NCBI GenBank assembly: GCA_038889235.1
Contig: JAWAHN010000002.1
Coordinates: forward strand, 104,288 to 168,287
Length of the DNA: 64,000 nucleotides
Direction: 5' to 3'
Origin: Candidatus Jordarchaeales archaeon
GTDB taxonomy: Archaea; Asgardarchaeota; Jordiarchaeia; Jordiarchaeales; Freyrarchaeaceae
Under the pieces are notes generated by a model, which made no database searches, was not told the DNA's origin, and was given only the letters and a program-made list of their open reading frames with translations. Of this stretch, positions 56,796 to 64,000 are shown piece after piece. Positions within the stretch are counted from its first letter, which is position 1. Each line of letters begins with the position of its first letter. The translations under genes were made by a program, and so were the position numbers.

Positions 56796-57517
56796 CCTTT
56801 CTTTTTGATCAATAAAGCTATTGGGAGACTGGCTTTCTTCCACTCAGCATATTTTCCCTCGTACTCGATAGGTGGCATTGTTCTGCCATGCGTTCCCACT
56901 ATGGTTATCAGAGTGTCTGGTTGTGCTTGCCTGTAAAGCACCTTCACCCAGCTGTCTGTTCTAGTAATAAGTTTTTGAGCGGTTTCCTTAGGAGGTTGAA
57001 AGCTGTACTGCCTGTAAAGTTCTTCAAAGTCTAGGAAGTGAACCCAAATAAAGTCGGCTCTGTTAAGAACTTTAACAGTTTCCACATAGCTCTTATTGTC
57101 GGAATCACTAACCTTAACCTCCCCCTTACCACCTATCGCCGTGATGTCTTCTTTTCTGTCAATTATCACAGTTCGCTTTCCAAGTGACGACAAATAGGTG
57201 AACATGTTAAAGTCAGAGCTTCCTCCACAAACCAGTTCCTTAAGGACGTGGGGGGTGTGCGGGTTTTTTGTTTCAAGAGTTATGACGGCCTCGGACATGC
57301 CTATTATAAAGCGCGGCTTATAATACGTGCATTCTAGCAGGCCGAAGTGGTCTATAACTATCACTACGATGCGCTTCGAAACGAACTTCTCTGGCAGGTT
57401 AACTTTCGGTGGGATGTTCTTAGGGGGCTCTATACTCATAACACTCAAGAAAGTTGAAGCCATCTGACTTACCAAGCCCTGAAAAGTCAGTAGTTCGCAC
57501 ATGCGCAAATCCACCAT
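56792..57517 (-). CDS. alkaline-phosphatase-like metalloenzyme domain protein (uncertain)
   Basis: VVIVIDHFGLL and ...IVGTHGR resemble the metal-ligand segments of the Metalloenzyme/phosphopentomutase superfamily. The protein is short, at 241 aa. Confidence 0.35.
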   Translation of the reverse strand: MVDLRMCELLTFQGLVSQMASTFLSVMSIEPPKNIPPKVNLPEKFVSKRIVVIVIDHFGLLECTYYKPRFIIGMSEAVITLETKNPHTPHVLKELVCGGSSDFNMFTYLSSLGKRTVIIDRKEDITAIGGKGEVKVSDSDNKSYVETVKVLNRADFIWVHFLDFEELYRQYSFQPPKETAQKLITRTDSWVKVLYRQAQPDTLITIVGTHGRTMPPIEYEGKYAEWKKASLPIALLIKKKG

Positions 57518-57732
57518 CGAAAGCAGTCCTATTTAGATTACGATAAACTCCCTTATTTTAGCATTATTGAAAAAAGAGTGCCACAACATGTTTTCCCGCG
57601 CTTCCACTTACAACTTACACTTGAACTCGTTCCTATGTCTCCATCAAACCCGCTCCCTTTAAGCCAGAAATATTTAAAGAGCCTAACCCCCACCATTAGG
57701 GTTAAGCTAAGAATGAGATGGCGGTGTAAACT

Positions 57733-58686
57733 TTGCCCCTAACCGACCTTTTAGAAGAACGTAGAGTTTCCTTCCTGTTATTCGGAGGAAAAGGTGGCGT
57801 AGGAAAAACCACGTGCTCTGCGGCTTCAGCTCTCTGGGCAGCTGAACACGGTAAGGAAACCATTATAATAAGCACCGATCCCGCTCACAGTTTGAGTGAT
57901 AGCTTCGACCAGCAACTAGGGGGAGGAGAAGTAAAGAAAGTGGAGGGTTGCAGCGGCCTCTATGCACTAGAACTTGACCCTAGGAAAGCCTTTGAAGAAT
58001 ACAAAAGAAAGCTTTCGGAGGCAGAGGGATTTGAGGAGCAAGCCCAAGCTGTTCTCCAGGAACTAGGTGACCTCTCTAGTATGACTCCCCCCGGTGTGGA
58101 CGAAGCCCTAGCCTTTGCAAAAGTGCTCGAGTTCATTGAAAACCCGGAATACGACTTAGTGGTTTTCGACACCGCCCCAACAGGACACACTCTGCGCCTG
58201 TTAAGCTTACCCGATATACTAAACAGCTGGGTTGTGAACCTCATAAAGATAAGGGTTTACATGAGCAAGCTGACCGGCCTCCTAAAACGGCTTATAGGGC
58301 GTGGAGGCGAGGAAGATAAGACGCTAGAAGTTCTAGAAAAGTTGAGAGAGACCATAGGCGTTGCCAGAGAAACCCTTAAAGATCCCAATCAAACGGCATT
58401 TGTTGTAGTGATGATACCTGAAGTCATGGCAATCTACGAAACTGAGCGCCTTCTCTCGTCACTAATAGAGTACGAAATTCCATGTGACCACATAGTTGTC
58501 AACATGATCTACCCAGATGTACCCGGCTGTCCCTTCTGCCGCGCGAGGAGACAGATGCAACAGGAAAACCTAAAAAACATAAGGGAAATATACGACGACT
58601 TCAACATAACAGAAATCCCGCTTTTCGACACAGAGATAAGAGGGTTAAACATGCTCAGAAAGGTCTCAGAGCTACTCTTCACTTGA
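57733..58686 (+). CDS. ArsA/Get3-family ATPase
   Basis: GGKGGVGKTTCSAA P-loop, DPAHSLSD switch, DTAPTGHTLRLL and a C-terminal CPFC pair. Confidence 0.85.
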   Translation: MPLTDLLEERRVSFLLFGGKGGVGKTTCSAASALWAAEHGKETIIISTDPAHSLSDSFDQQLGGGEVKKVEGCSGLYALELDPRKAFEEYKRKLSEAEGFEEQAQAVLQELGDLSSMTPPGVDEALAFAKVLEFIENPEYDLVVFDTAPTGHTLRLLSLPDILNSWVVNLIKIRVYMSKLTGLLKRLIGRGGEEDKTLEVLEKLRETIGVARETLKDPNQTAFVVVMIPEVMAIYETERLLSSLIEYEIPCDHIVVNMIYPDVPGCPFCRARRQMQQENLKNIREIYDDFNITEIPLFDTEIRGLNMLRKVSELLFT

Positions 58687-58688
58687 AA

Positions 58689-59807
58689 TTACAGCAGCCT
58701 AGCGACAAACTCGGAAATGTCGCAGACCACTATCCTGTTCTCCGACAAGCTTTCGAGCTGGCTCTTACAGAAAGGACATGCTGTAACTAAAACCTCCGCT
58801 CCAGTAGCTACAGCTTCCTTAACCCTTTCTGTGCCTATTTTGCGAGAAAGTTCTGGAAAGTTCACGTAGAGAACTCCGCCACGACCGCAACACTTTGCGT
58901 TTTTCCTGTTCCACTCCATTTCCAAAAGGCGGACTCCCGGAATACTGCTTAAAACACTTCTAGGCTCTTCATAAACGTGCATTCTTCTCCCAAGGTGGCA
59001 TGGATCGTGATACGTTACGCTAACACTCTTCCCCAGGTCTTTTAACTCAATTTTCCCCTCACTAATAGCCCCCCACAAATACTGGCTTAAGTGTAAAACT
59101 TCGACGTTAAGTGGGAACCCAAGTTTTGGATACTCGCGGGAAAGTGCCATATAACAGCCAGCACAAGAGGTGACAACGACTTCGCAACCACTTTTCTCCA
59201 CCTCTCTCCTGTTATGATCAGCGTGCTCCATGGCTAGCTTCTTATGTCCCGCTGAGAGGAGCGGTACTCCACAACACCACTCGTCCCCAATCAACTTGAA
59301 ACCACCCTCAACTAGCTCAAGTATCTTCGTCGTAGCTCTCGCTATCTCCGGCTGCCTATACGCGGCCGTGCAGCCTACAAAGTAAGCCACTCTCCCCTTA
59401 CCACTCTTTTTTCCACTTAGCACGTTGAACCTTTTTGCATGTGCCTCTCCATAAGGGTTCTTTTCACTCTCCACCTTCCTACTAAGTTCAATAGTTGCCT
59501 CAGGGGCGGCGCCCTCCTCGAAGATCCTTGCTCTCACTTCTTTAACTATTTCTGGAACGTCAATGCTAGGCAAGCACCATTCCTTGCAAAGCCCACAAGT
59601 GGCGCACTGGTACATGATGTCCACCACTCTACCTTTAAGCTCAACTTTTCCGTTGCGCAGGTAGTATGCTGTAAAGGATTTCCCGTACGGAGCCACACTT
59701 TCAAGCTTAAGCTGGTTCGCTACGATGCAAACAAAACGACACATTTTCATGCATTCCACTCCGCACATAACCACAGGATCTGCGCTCACCAAGACAAACC
59801 CTCCCAA
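58689..59807 (-). CDS. CCG-domain Fe-S protein (GlpC/HdrD-like)
   Basis: N-terminal CxxCxxCxxxC-like Cys pairs. C-terminal CCGV and CCGRGG Cys-rich motifs. Confidence 0.7.
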   Translation of the reverse strand: MGGFVLVSADPVVMCGVECMKMCRFVCIVANQLKLESVAPYGKSFTAYYLRNGKVELKGRVVDIMYQCATCGLCKEWCLPSIDVPEIVKEVRARIFEEGAAPEATIELSRKVESEKNPYGEAHAKRFNVLSGKKSGKGRVAYFVGCTAAYRQPEIARATTKILELVEGGFKLIGDEWCCGVPLLSAGHKKLAMEHADHNRREVEKSGCEVVVTSCAGCYMALSREYPKLGFPLNVEVLHLSQYLWGAISEGKIELKDLGKSVSVTYHDPCHLGRRMHVYEEPRSVLSSIPGVRLLEMEWNRKNAKCCGRGGVLYVNFPELSRKIGTERVKEAVATGAEVLVTACPFCKSQLESLSENRIVVCDISEFVARLL

Positions 59808-59813
59808 GCTTTC

Positions 59814-61253
59814 CTAAAATCCAAGCTTTCCCGGGTTCATTATGTTGTTCGGGTCTAACGCTTTCTTTATTGTTTTCAACACCTCAAATGCCTCCCCATG
59901 CTCCCTATGCATCCACCCAGCCCTAACAACACCAATACCGTGATGGTGGCTTATGGTTCCACCAACTCTCAGGCAGGCTTCAAGTGCATCTCTCCATACC
60001 GCGCTGTACACTTCCACTGCTTTTTCGTGGCTTTGTTGCTGCGTGAAGAAGATCATGTATATTGAGCCACCGTCCTCGTAGAAGTGGGAGAAGTGTGCCA
60101 TCATGGTTACTCCCGGATTTTTGGTCTCAACGGTCTTCTTAATCTCCCAGTAGAGTTCTTCGAGCTTATCGTAGGTCGCCGCGACGTCAACCGTGTCCGC
60201 TATTATATTGTATGACGACCTCAAGGGGTCAGGGTAGTACATGTCATATCTATGGTTCCACCAGTACTCTGCAAGCTCCTTATCAACCTCCACACCACCC
60301 TCATTAAGACAAATTTCCGTGGCGATTCTCTCCTCTAACTCTACAATCTCCTTTAAGCCGTCAAATCCCAGTATCAAGTATGATCCACCTTCAGGTATCT
60401 TTGCCCTCCCTTTAAGCGTAAACTGCGCGTCTAGGTAGTCGTAGAGGCGCACCACGCAGGGCTTTATTCCCTTACGGAAGATTTTGATGACCGATTCTAT
60501 TCCAGAGTGGAGATCCTTGAATATGAAAGCTTTAAACCTCCTCTCCTCTGGGAGAGGTTTTATCTTCAACGTCACCTCCGTTATTATTCCAAGCGTTCCC
60601 TCAGAGCCTATAAAGAGTTGCTTCAAATCCGGCCCCGTGGACGAGCGAGGTACTGGTTTCATCCTTAAAATCTCACCCGTCGGTGTAACCACTTCGAGCC
60701 CAACAACCATGTCTTCAATTTTCCCATACTTCGACGAAAGTGACCCTGCAGAGCGACAGGCTACAAAGCCCCCTACCGTTGAGCAGTACATTGATGCGGG
60801 GTAATGGGGGAGAGTGTAACCCATTTTATTTAGCTCTCTCTCTAAAACCTCTCCAAAGATTCCCGGCTGCACGGTTACAAGTAACGACTTGTGATCTACG
60901 TTGAGTATCTTGTTCATCTTCTTTAGGTCTACTATTATGCCACCGTTTACCGGAATTGTTCCACCACAGACACCAGCTCCTCCTCCGAAGGGTATCAAGG
61001 GGATCTTGAATCTATTAGCCAGCTTAACGATTTCCGAGACTTGCTTAGTGTTTTCAGGATGCACTATAAAATCTGGCTTCGGCAGCTCACCTCCACCTTT
61101 AATCCAAGGCACAAGTAACTGCCAAGTGTCACGTGAATAACACAGCGCATCGACCTCGTTGAAGTGAACATTCTCTTTACCCACTATGCCGACCAGCTCT
61201 TCGTATATAATCTTCTTCTGTAACAGATCTCTTTTCCACGTGTTCAAACACAA
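59814..61253 (-). CDS. FAD-linked oxidase (GlcD / D-lactate dehydrogenase family)
   Basis: FAD_binding_4 (PCMH) domain with RFKIPLIPFGGGAGVCGG, and a C-terminal FAD-oxidase_C domain. Confidence 0.85.
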   Translation of the reverse strand: MCLNTWKRDLLQKKIIYEELVGIVGKENVHFNEVDALCYSRDTWQLLVPWIKGGGELPKPDFIVHPENTKQVSEIVKLANRFKIPLIPFGGGAGVCGGTIPVNGGIIVDLKKMNKILNVDHKSLLVTVQPGIFGEVLERELNKMGYTLPHYPASMYCSTVGGFVACRSAGSLSSKYGKIEDMVVGLEVVTPTGEILRMKPVPRSSTGPDLKQLFIGSEGTLGIITEVTLKIKPLPEERRFKAFIFKDLHSGIESVIKIFRKGIKPCVVRLYDYLDAQFTLKGRAKIPEGGSYLILGFDGLKEIVELEERIATEICLNEGGVEVDKELAEYWWNHRYDMYYPDPLRSSYNIIADTVDVAATYDKLEELYWEIKKTVETKNPGVTMMAHFSHFYEDGGSIYMIFFTQQQSHEKAVEVYSAVWRDALEACLRVGGTISHHHGIGVVRAGWMHREHGEAFEVLKTIKKALDPNNIMNPGKLGF

Positions 61254-61259
61254 ACCCCC

Positions 61260-62480
61260 TCACTCCGAGTATATCCTCTTAGCCAGGAAAACTACGAAGT
61301 CGTCAACCGTCACGTTAATTCGTTTACGTGTAACACCCTCTGAAATGTTAATAGTGCAGAGGGGACATGGCGTCACCAGGGATCCGATGTCAGACCTGGA
61401 AACCGCGTCAAGCCTCTTACTTCTTATCAGCGCGGAAACCGTCGGGTTATAGAACCTGAGCAAGCCACCCGCTCCACAGCATTCACCGTCATCTTGTAGG
61501 ATGACGTACTCAACATTTGGCAACGCCTCCAGTATTCTTTCAGCATAATCAATGGTGTATCTTCCAACGTGCCTACCTAGGTGGCAGGATTGATGTAGCG
61601 CAACTTTAATTTTGTCGCCATTACGCGCCTTCTTACTTATCGCGTCAACACCAACCTCCTCAAACAGAAACTCGACTAAGTGTCTCACGCGGATGTCGTA
61701 GCCAAGCCGCTTAGCTGCCAACTTGAGCTCCGAAGTACACCCAGCACAAGTGGCGACAACCTCTCTCACACCTATTTCCTCCATCTTCCCAAAAAAGTCC
61801 TGTTGCAGCTTGTCAGCCATCGCGACGTCCCCTGCAAGTCTCACCGGGAGGCCACAGCACTTCCAACCCTCTGGAATTCCGTAATATACTTCGAATGCCT
61901 CTAAGACGAGTTTTCCAGCCTCCTTAACCTCCAACAATTTAGCTTCAGCCTGGCACCCTGGAAAATAGGCTACCTGTCCCTCTTCCCTAAGAGGGACATC
62001 GCCTCTTAACGGTAACCCCAAAGCTTTAAGCCTCCACTCGACTCTCTCCTTCCTCTCCTCAGGGCTCATAGGCTCAAATATGTAGCCGTATCTCGAAACG
62101 TTTTCCAGCAAGGATTTGAATTCTTCTGGCACTAGGTCGGGTCTTTGAACAAATATTTTCGCCCTAAGAAGCATAACCGCTTCCGGCACAGGAACATTTG
62201 TCGGGCACTTTTCCTGGCATCGTCCGCACAGCGTGCACATGTAGATTACCTCGCTCGCTCTCCAAAACTCTCTGACATCTCTCGAGAGCTCGTCCGCTAT
62301 CCCGCGTGGTCCAGGGTAAAACCTGCCTGTAGCCTCGAAAACAGGGCAGAATGTGAGGCACAACGAACAATTCTGGCACTTCTCCACTTCACTATAAATT
62401 TCATCCTCATACAACGAGAAAACCACTATTTTCTCCTCTGCGAGCACTTTCTTTATGTGAATAACCTCTTTTCTCTCCAT
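61260..62480 (-). CDS. Fe-S subunit with 2x[4Fe-4S] and two CCG domains (GlcF-like)
   Basis: CQNCSLCLTFCP and CTLCGRCQEKCP. CCGLPV and CCGAGG CCG motifs. Confidence 0.8.
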   Translation of the reverse strand: MERKEVIHIKKVLAEEKIVVFSLYEDEIYSEVEKCQNCSLCLTFCPVFEATGRFYPGPRGIADELSRDVREFWRASEVIYMCTLCGRCQEKCPTNVPVPEAVMLLRAKIFVQRPDLVPEEFKSLLENVSRYGYIFEPMSPEERKERVEWRLKALGLPLRGDVPLREEGQVAYFPGCQAEAKLLEVKEAGKLVLEAFEVYYGIPEGWKCCGLPVRLAGDVAMADKLQQDFFGKMEEIGVREVVATCAGCTSELKLAAKRLGYDIRVRHLVEFLFEEVGVDAISKKARNGDKIKVALHQSCHLGRHVGRYTIDYAERILEALPNVEYVILQDDGECCGAGGLLRFYNPTVSALIRSKRLDAVSRSDIGSLVTPCPLCTINISEGVTRKRINVTVDDFVVFLAKRIYSE

Positions 62481-62493
62481 AACTCCCCCCCTT

Positions 62494-63816
62494 TTAGCTC
62501 GCCTGCATCGCTGCCTCCTCTCCTGCTATATAACCCGTAACTGCCGCAACGCCCATCCCGCTCTTCTCCCTCACATAGTTGTAACCTGAAATTATGGATC
62601 CCGCAACAAACAAGTTGTCGTATAGTGTTTTGTCACCCATAACGGGCTTCATATGTGCGTTAACCCTAACACCGCAACCCATGAGGGGATGTCCTTCCGC
62701 AGGAAAGACCTCTTTAGACAGGAGGTGTGCTATTTTTCGCTTCCCCAACGGCTCTCCTTTCTCGTCGTAAAGTGGGAGTCCGAACACGGTTTCCCTTATT
62801 CTGTCCTCCTCTTCCACAAGTCCTCCTCCAACGAACTTCCCAGTTGCTAAAATATACGCCTCAGCTATTGCGGTGAAAACCTTCTCTCCCGATTTAACTT
62901 TTAAGTTCACAACGCGCCCCCCTTCCTTTTCGAACCCGACAGCTTTATACCCCCTAAGGATTCTTACTCCTTTTTCCACAGCCTTCCTTTCAAGCGCGCT
63001 CATTAGTCTCTGAGCTGGCACTGACGGGGGCGGTGACAGCAGCTCGAACATGGTCACCCCTATTTCTCTTTCTAGCGCTTCCACGTTTCCCTGCGGCCTC
63101 CTCAACCCAAGTGTCGGGAGAGCTACGTGTGAAGCGCCACTTTCGGACACTATACCGCTAAGTTTCTCAGCCAACTCCATCTTAAACTCGTCCCCATCCA
63201 TTACCCTCGCCAACTCTACAGTCGTCAGGTTTACTTCTCTTAAACTCGGGAAGGAAAGTCTAACACCTACCACTTTTTCAATTTTGACGTTGAGTTTAGA
63301 TGCAAAGTGTTTGAAACTCAAAGAGCAGAAGTTTGGGTTAAAGCTGGATAAGCCCTCAAATCCCACGACGAGCAGCCTAGCTCCATCTAACTTCTCTAGC
63401 ACCCCTCCCTTCATCGGCAACTGGTAAAAACAGGTAACCTTGAAGCTCCCCATAGTGTTTAGAAGCACAACATTTCTATTGAGGTCTCCTCTTATCTCAG
63501 CTTCTCGGCCAGAAACCATCCTCGAAAGATACTCGACAGCTTCTCTAACAGCCTCGACAACATCCCTCTCACTCGAGATAACCGAGTAAGGGTGCGTCGG
63601 CGAGCATTCAACTGTTTGTGCTATTCCATCAATGGGGTTTAAAACTAAGCCTCCTCCTGGGGGACACCCCATGATATCGATGACTCCGGAGGACTGATAG
63701 CTGGCTCCTGAACCTTTTTCGATGACGACAACATCTAGTTTTTCGTCAGCCGCTCTTGTTGCAGCCAGTATACCTGCTAGCCCGCCGCCTATTACGATCA
63801 CATCAGCCTCGATCAA
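62494..63816 (-). CDS. GlpB-like FAD-dependent oxidoreductase (anaerobic glycerol-3-phosphate dehydrogenase subunit B family)
   Basis: ADVIVIGGGLAGILAA dinucleotide fold, then YQSSGVIDIMG (compare the GlpB HFSSGSLDLL segment). TTG start at 63816 overlaps the upstream stop. Confidence 0.6.
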   Translation of the reverse strand: MIEADVIVIGGGLAGILAATRAADEKLDVVVIEKGSGASYQSSGVIDIMGCPPGGGLVLNPIDGIAQTVECSPTHPYSVISSERDVVEAVREAVEYLSRMVSGREAEIRGDLNRNVVLLNTMGSFKVTCFYQLPMKGGVLEKLDGARLLVVGFEGLSSFNPNFCSLSFKHFASKLNVKIEKVVGVRLSFPSLREVNLTTVELARVMDGDEFKMELAEKLSGIVSESGASHVALPTLGLRRPQGNVEALEREIGVTMFELLSPPPSVPAQRLMSALERKAVEKGVRILRGYKAVGFEKEGGRVVNLKVKSGEKVFTAIAEAYILATGKFVGGGLVEEEDRIRETVFGLPLYDEKGEPLGKRKIAHLLSKEVFPAEGHPLMGCGVRVNAHMKPVMGDKTLYDNLFVAGSIISGYNYVREKSGMGVAAVTGYIAGEEAAMQAS

Positions 63817-64000
63817 GTAGCCGCTCCCCTCACAACATCCATTGATCCAACAGAAGCATACGCTGCCTGGGAAATCTCATACTCAATAAGCTGACTTCCT
63901 CTTAAAACGATGGAGTGCCCTTTCCACCTTTCCGCCAGAAATTCCTTAAGCTCTCTGAACGCCTCGTCAACCCCTAATCCCCTCTCCTCCGCCAGTATTG
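63813..64000 (-). CDS. C-terminal fragment of an upstream oxidoreductase gene (GlpA-like?), partial at window edge
   Basis: An open frame ending ...SQLIEYEISQAAYASVGSMDVVRGAAT with stop TGA at 63813-15. It continues beyond position 64000. Confidence 0.4.
   Translation of the reverse strand, partial: ILAEERGLGVDEAFRELKEFLAERWKGHSIVLRGSQLIEYEISQAAYASVGSMDVVRGAAT

Noticed and set aside
1-64000. CRISPR arrays, insertion sequences and integrases.
   Set aside because: No short direct repeat arrays with spacers were found. No transposase or integrase-like ORFs and no att-like repeats next to the tRNAs were seen.

Overview
This window looks like an archaeal chromosomal segment, about 49-50% GC, most likely from a TACK/Crenarchaeota organism of Thermoproteales-like type. 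The evidence for the lineage is Alba, ribosomal proteins S8e, S25e and L13e, SRP19, Gar1, Trm1, NurA-HerA, a TIP49-like ATPase, and tRNAs with non-canonical introns. Gene density is high. I found no CRISPR array, no rRNA and no obvious mobile element.

Main functional blocks:
- DUF2072/DUF2073/GTPase triad
- TIP49-like AAA+ ATPase and a GalT-like enzyme
- Four tRNA genes, all apparently with non-canonical introns
- A geranylgeranyl reductase split across two frames
- A TldD/PmbA pair, a nitrilase and a macro-domain protein
- Alba
- cdhC-cdhD-cdhE (acetyl-CoA decarbonylase/synthase beta, delta and gamma subunits) without cdhAB
- proS
- hypE - rps8e - hypA
- srp19 - gar1, trm1 and rnhB
- A GH35 beta-galactosidase
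- leuC - leuD - leuB and a SAM synthetase
- An ABC transporter
- nurA - herA
- RIO2 kinase, a Sm protein, thiC and ArsA/Get3
- A cluster of GlcD/GlcF/GlpAB-like redox genes

The most unusual signal is two protein-coding genes, alba and leuD, whose ORFs are interrupted by short inserts of 27 and 29 nt. Each insert folds into a bulge-helix-bulge (BHB) motif, and its precise removal restores the conserved protein sequence. Together with the intron-containing tRNAs, this points to mRNA splicing by the tRNA splicing endonuclease in this organism. Two further genes are split across frames (the geranylgeranyl reductase and a PHP-domain protein); these are ambiguous between a frameshift, a sequencing error and further small introns.
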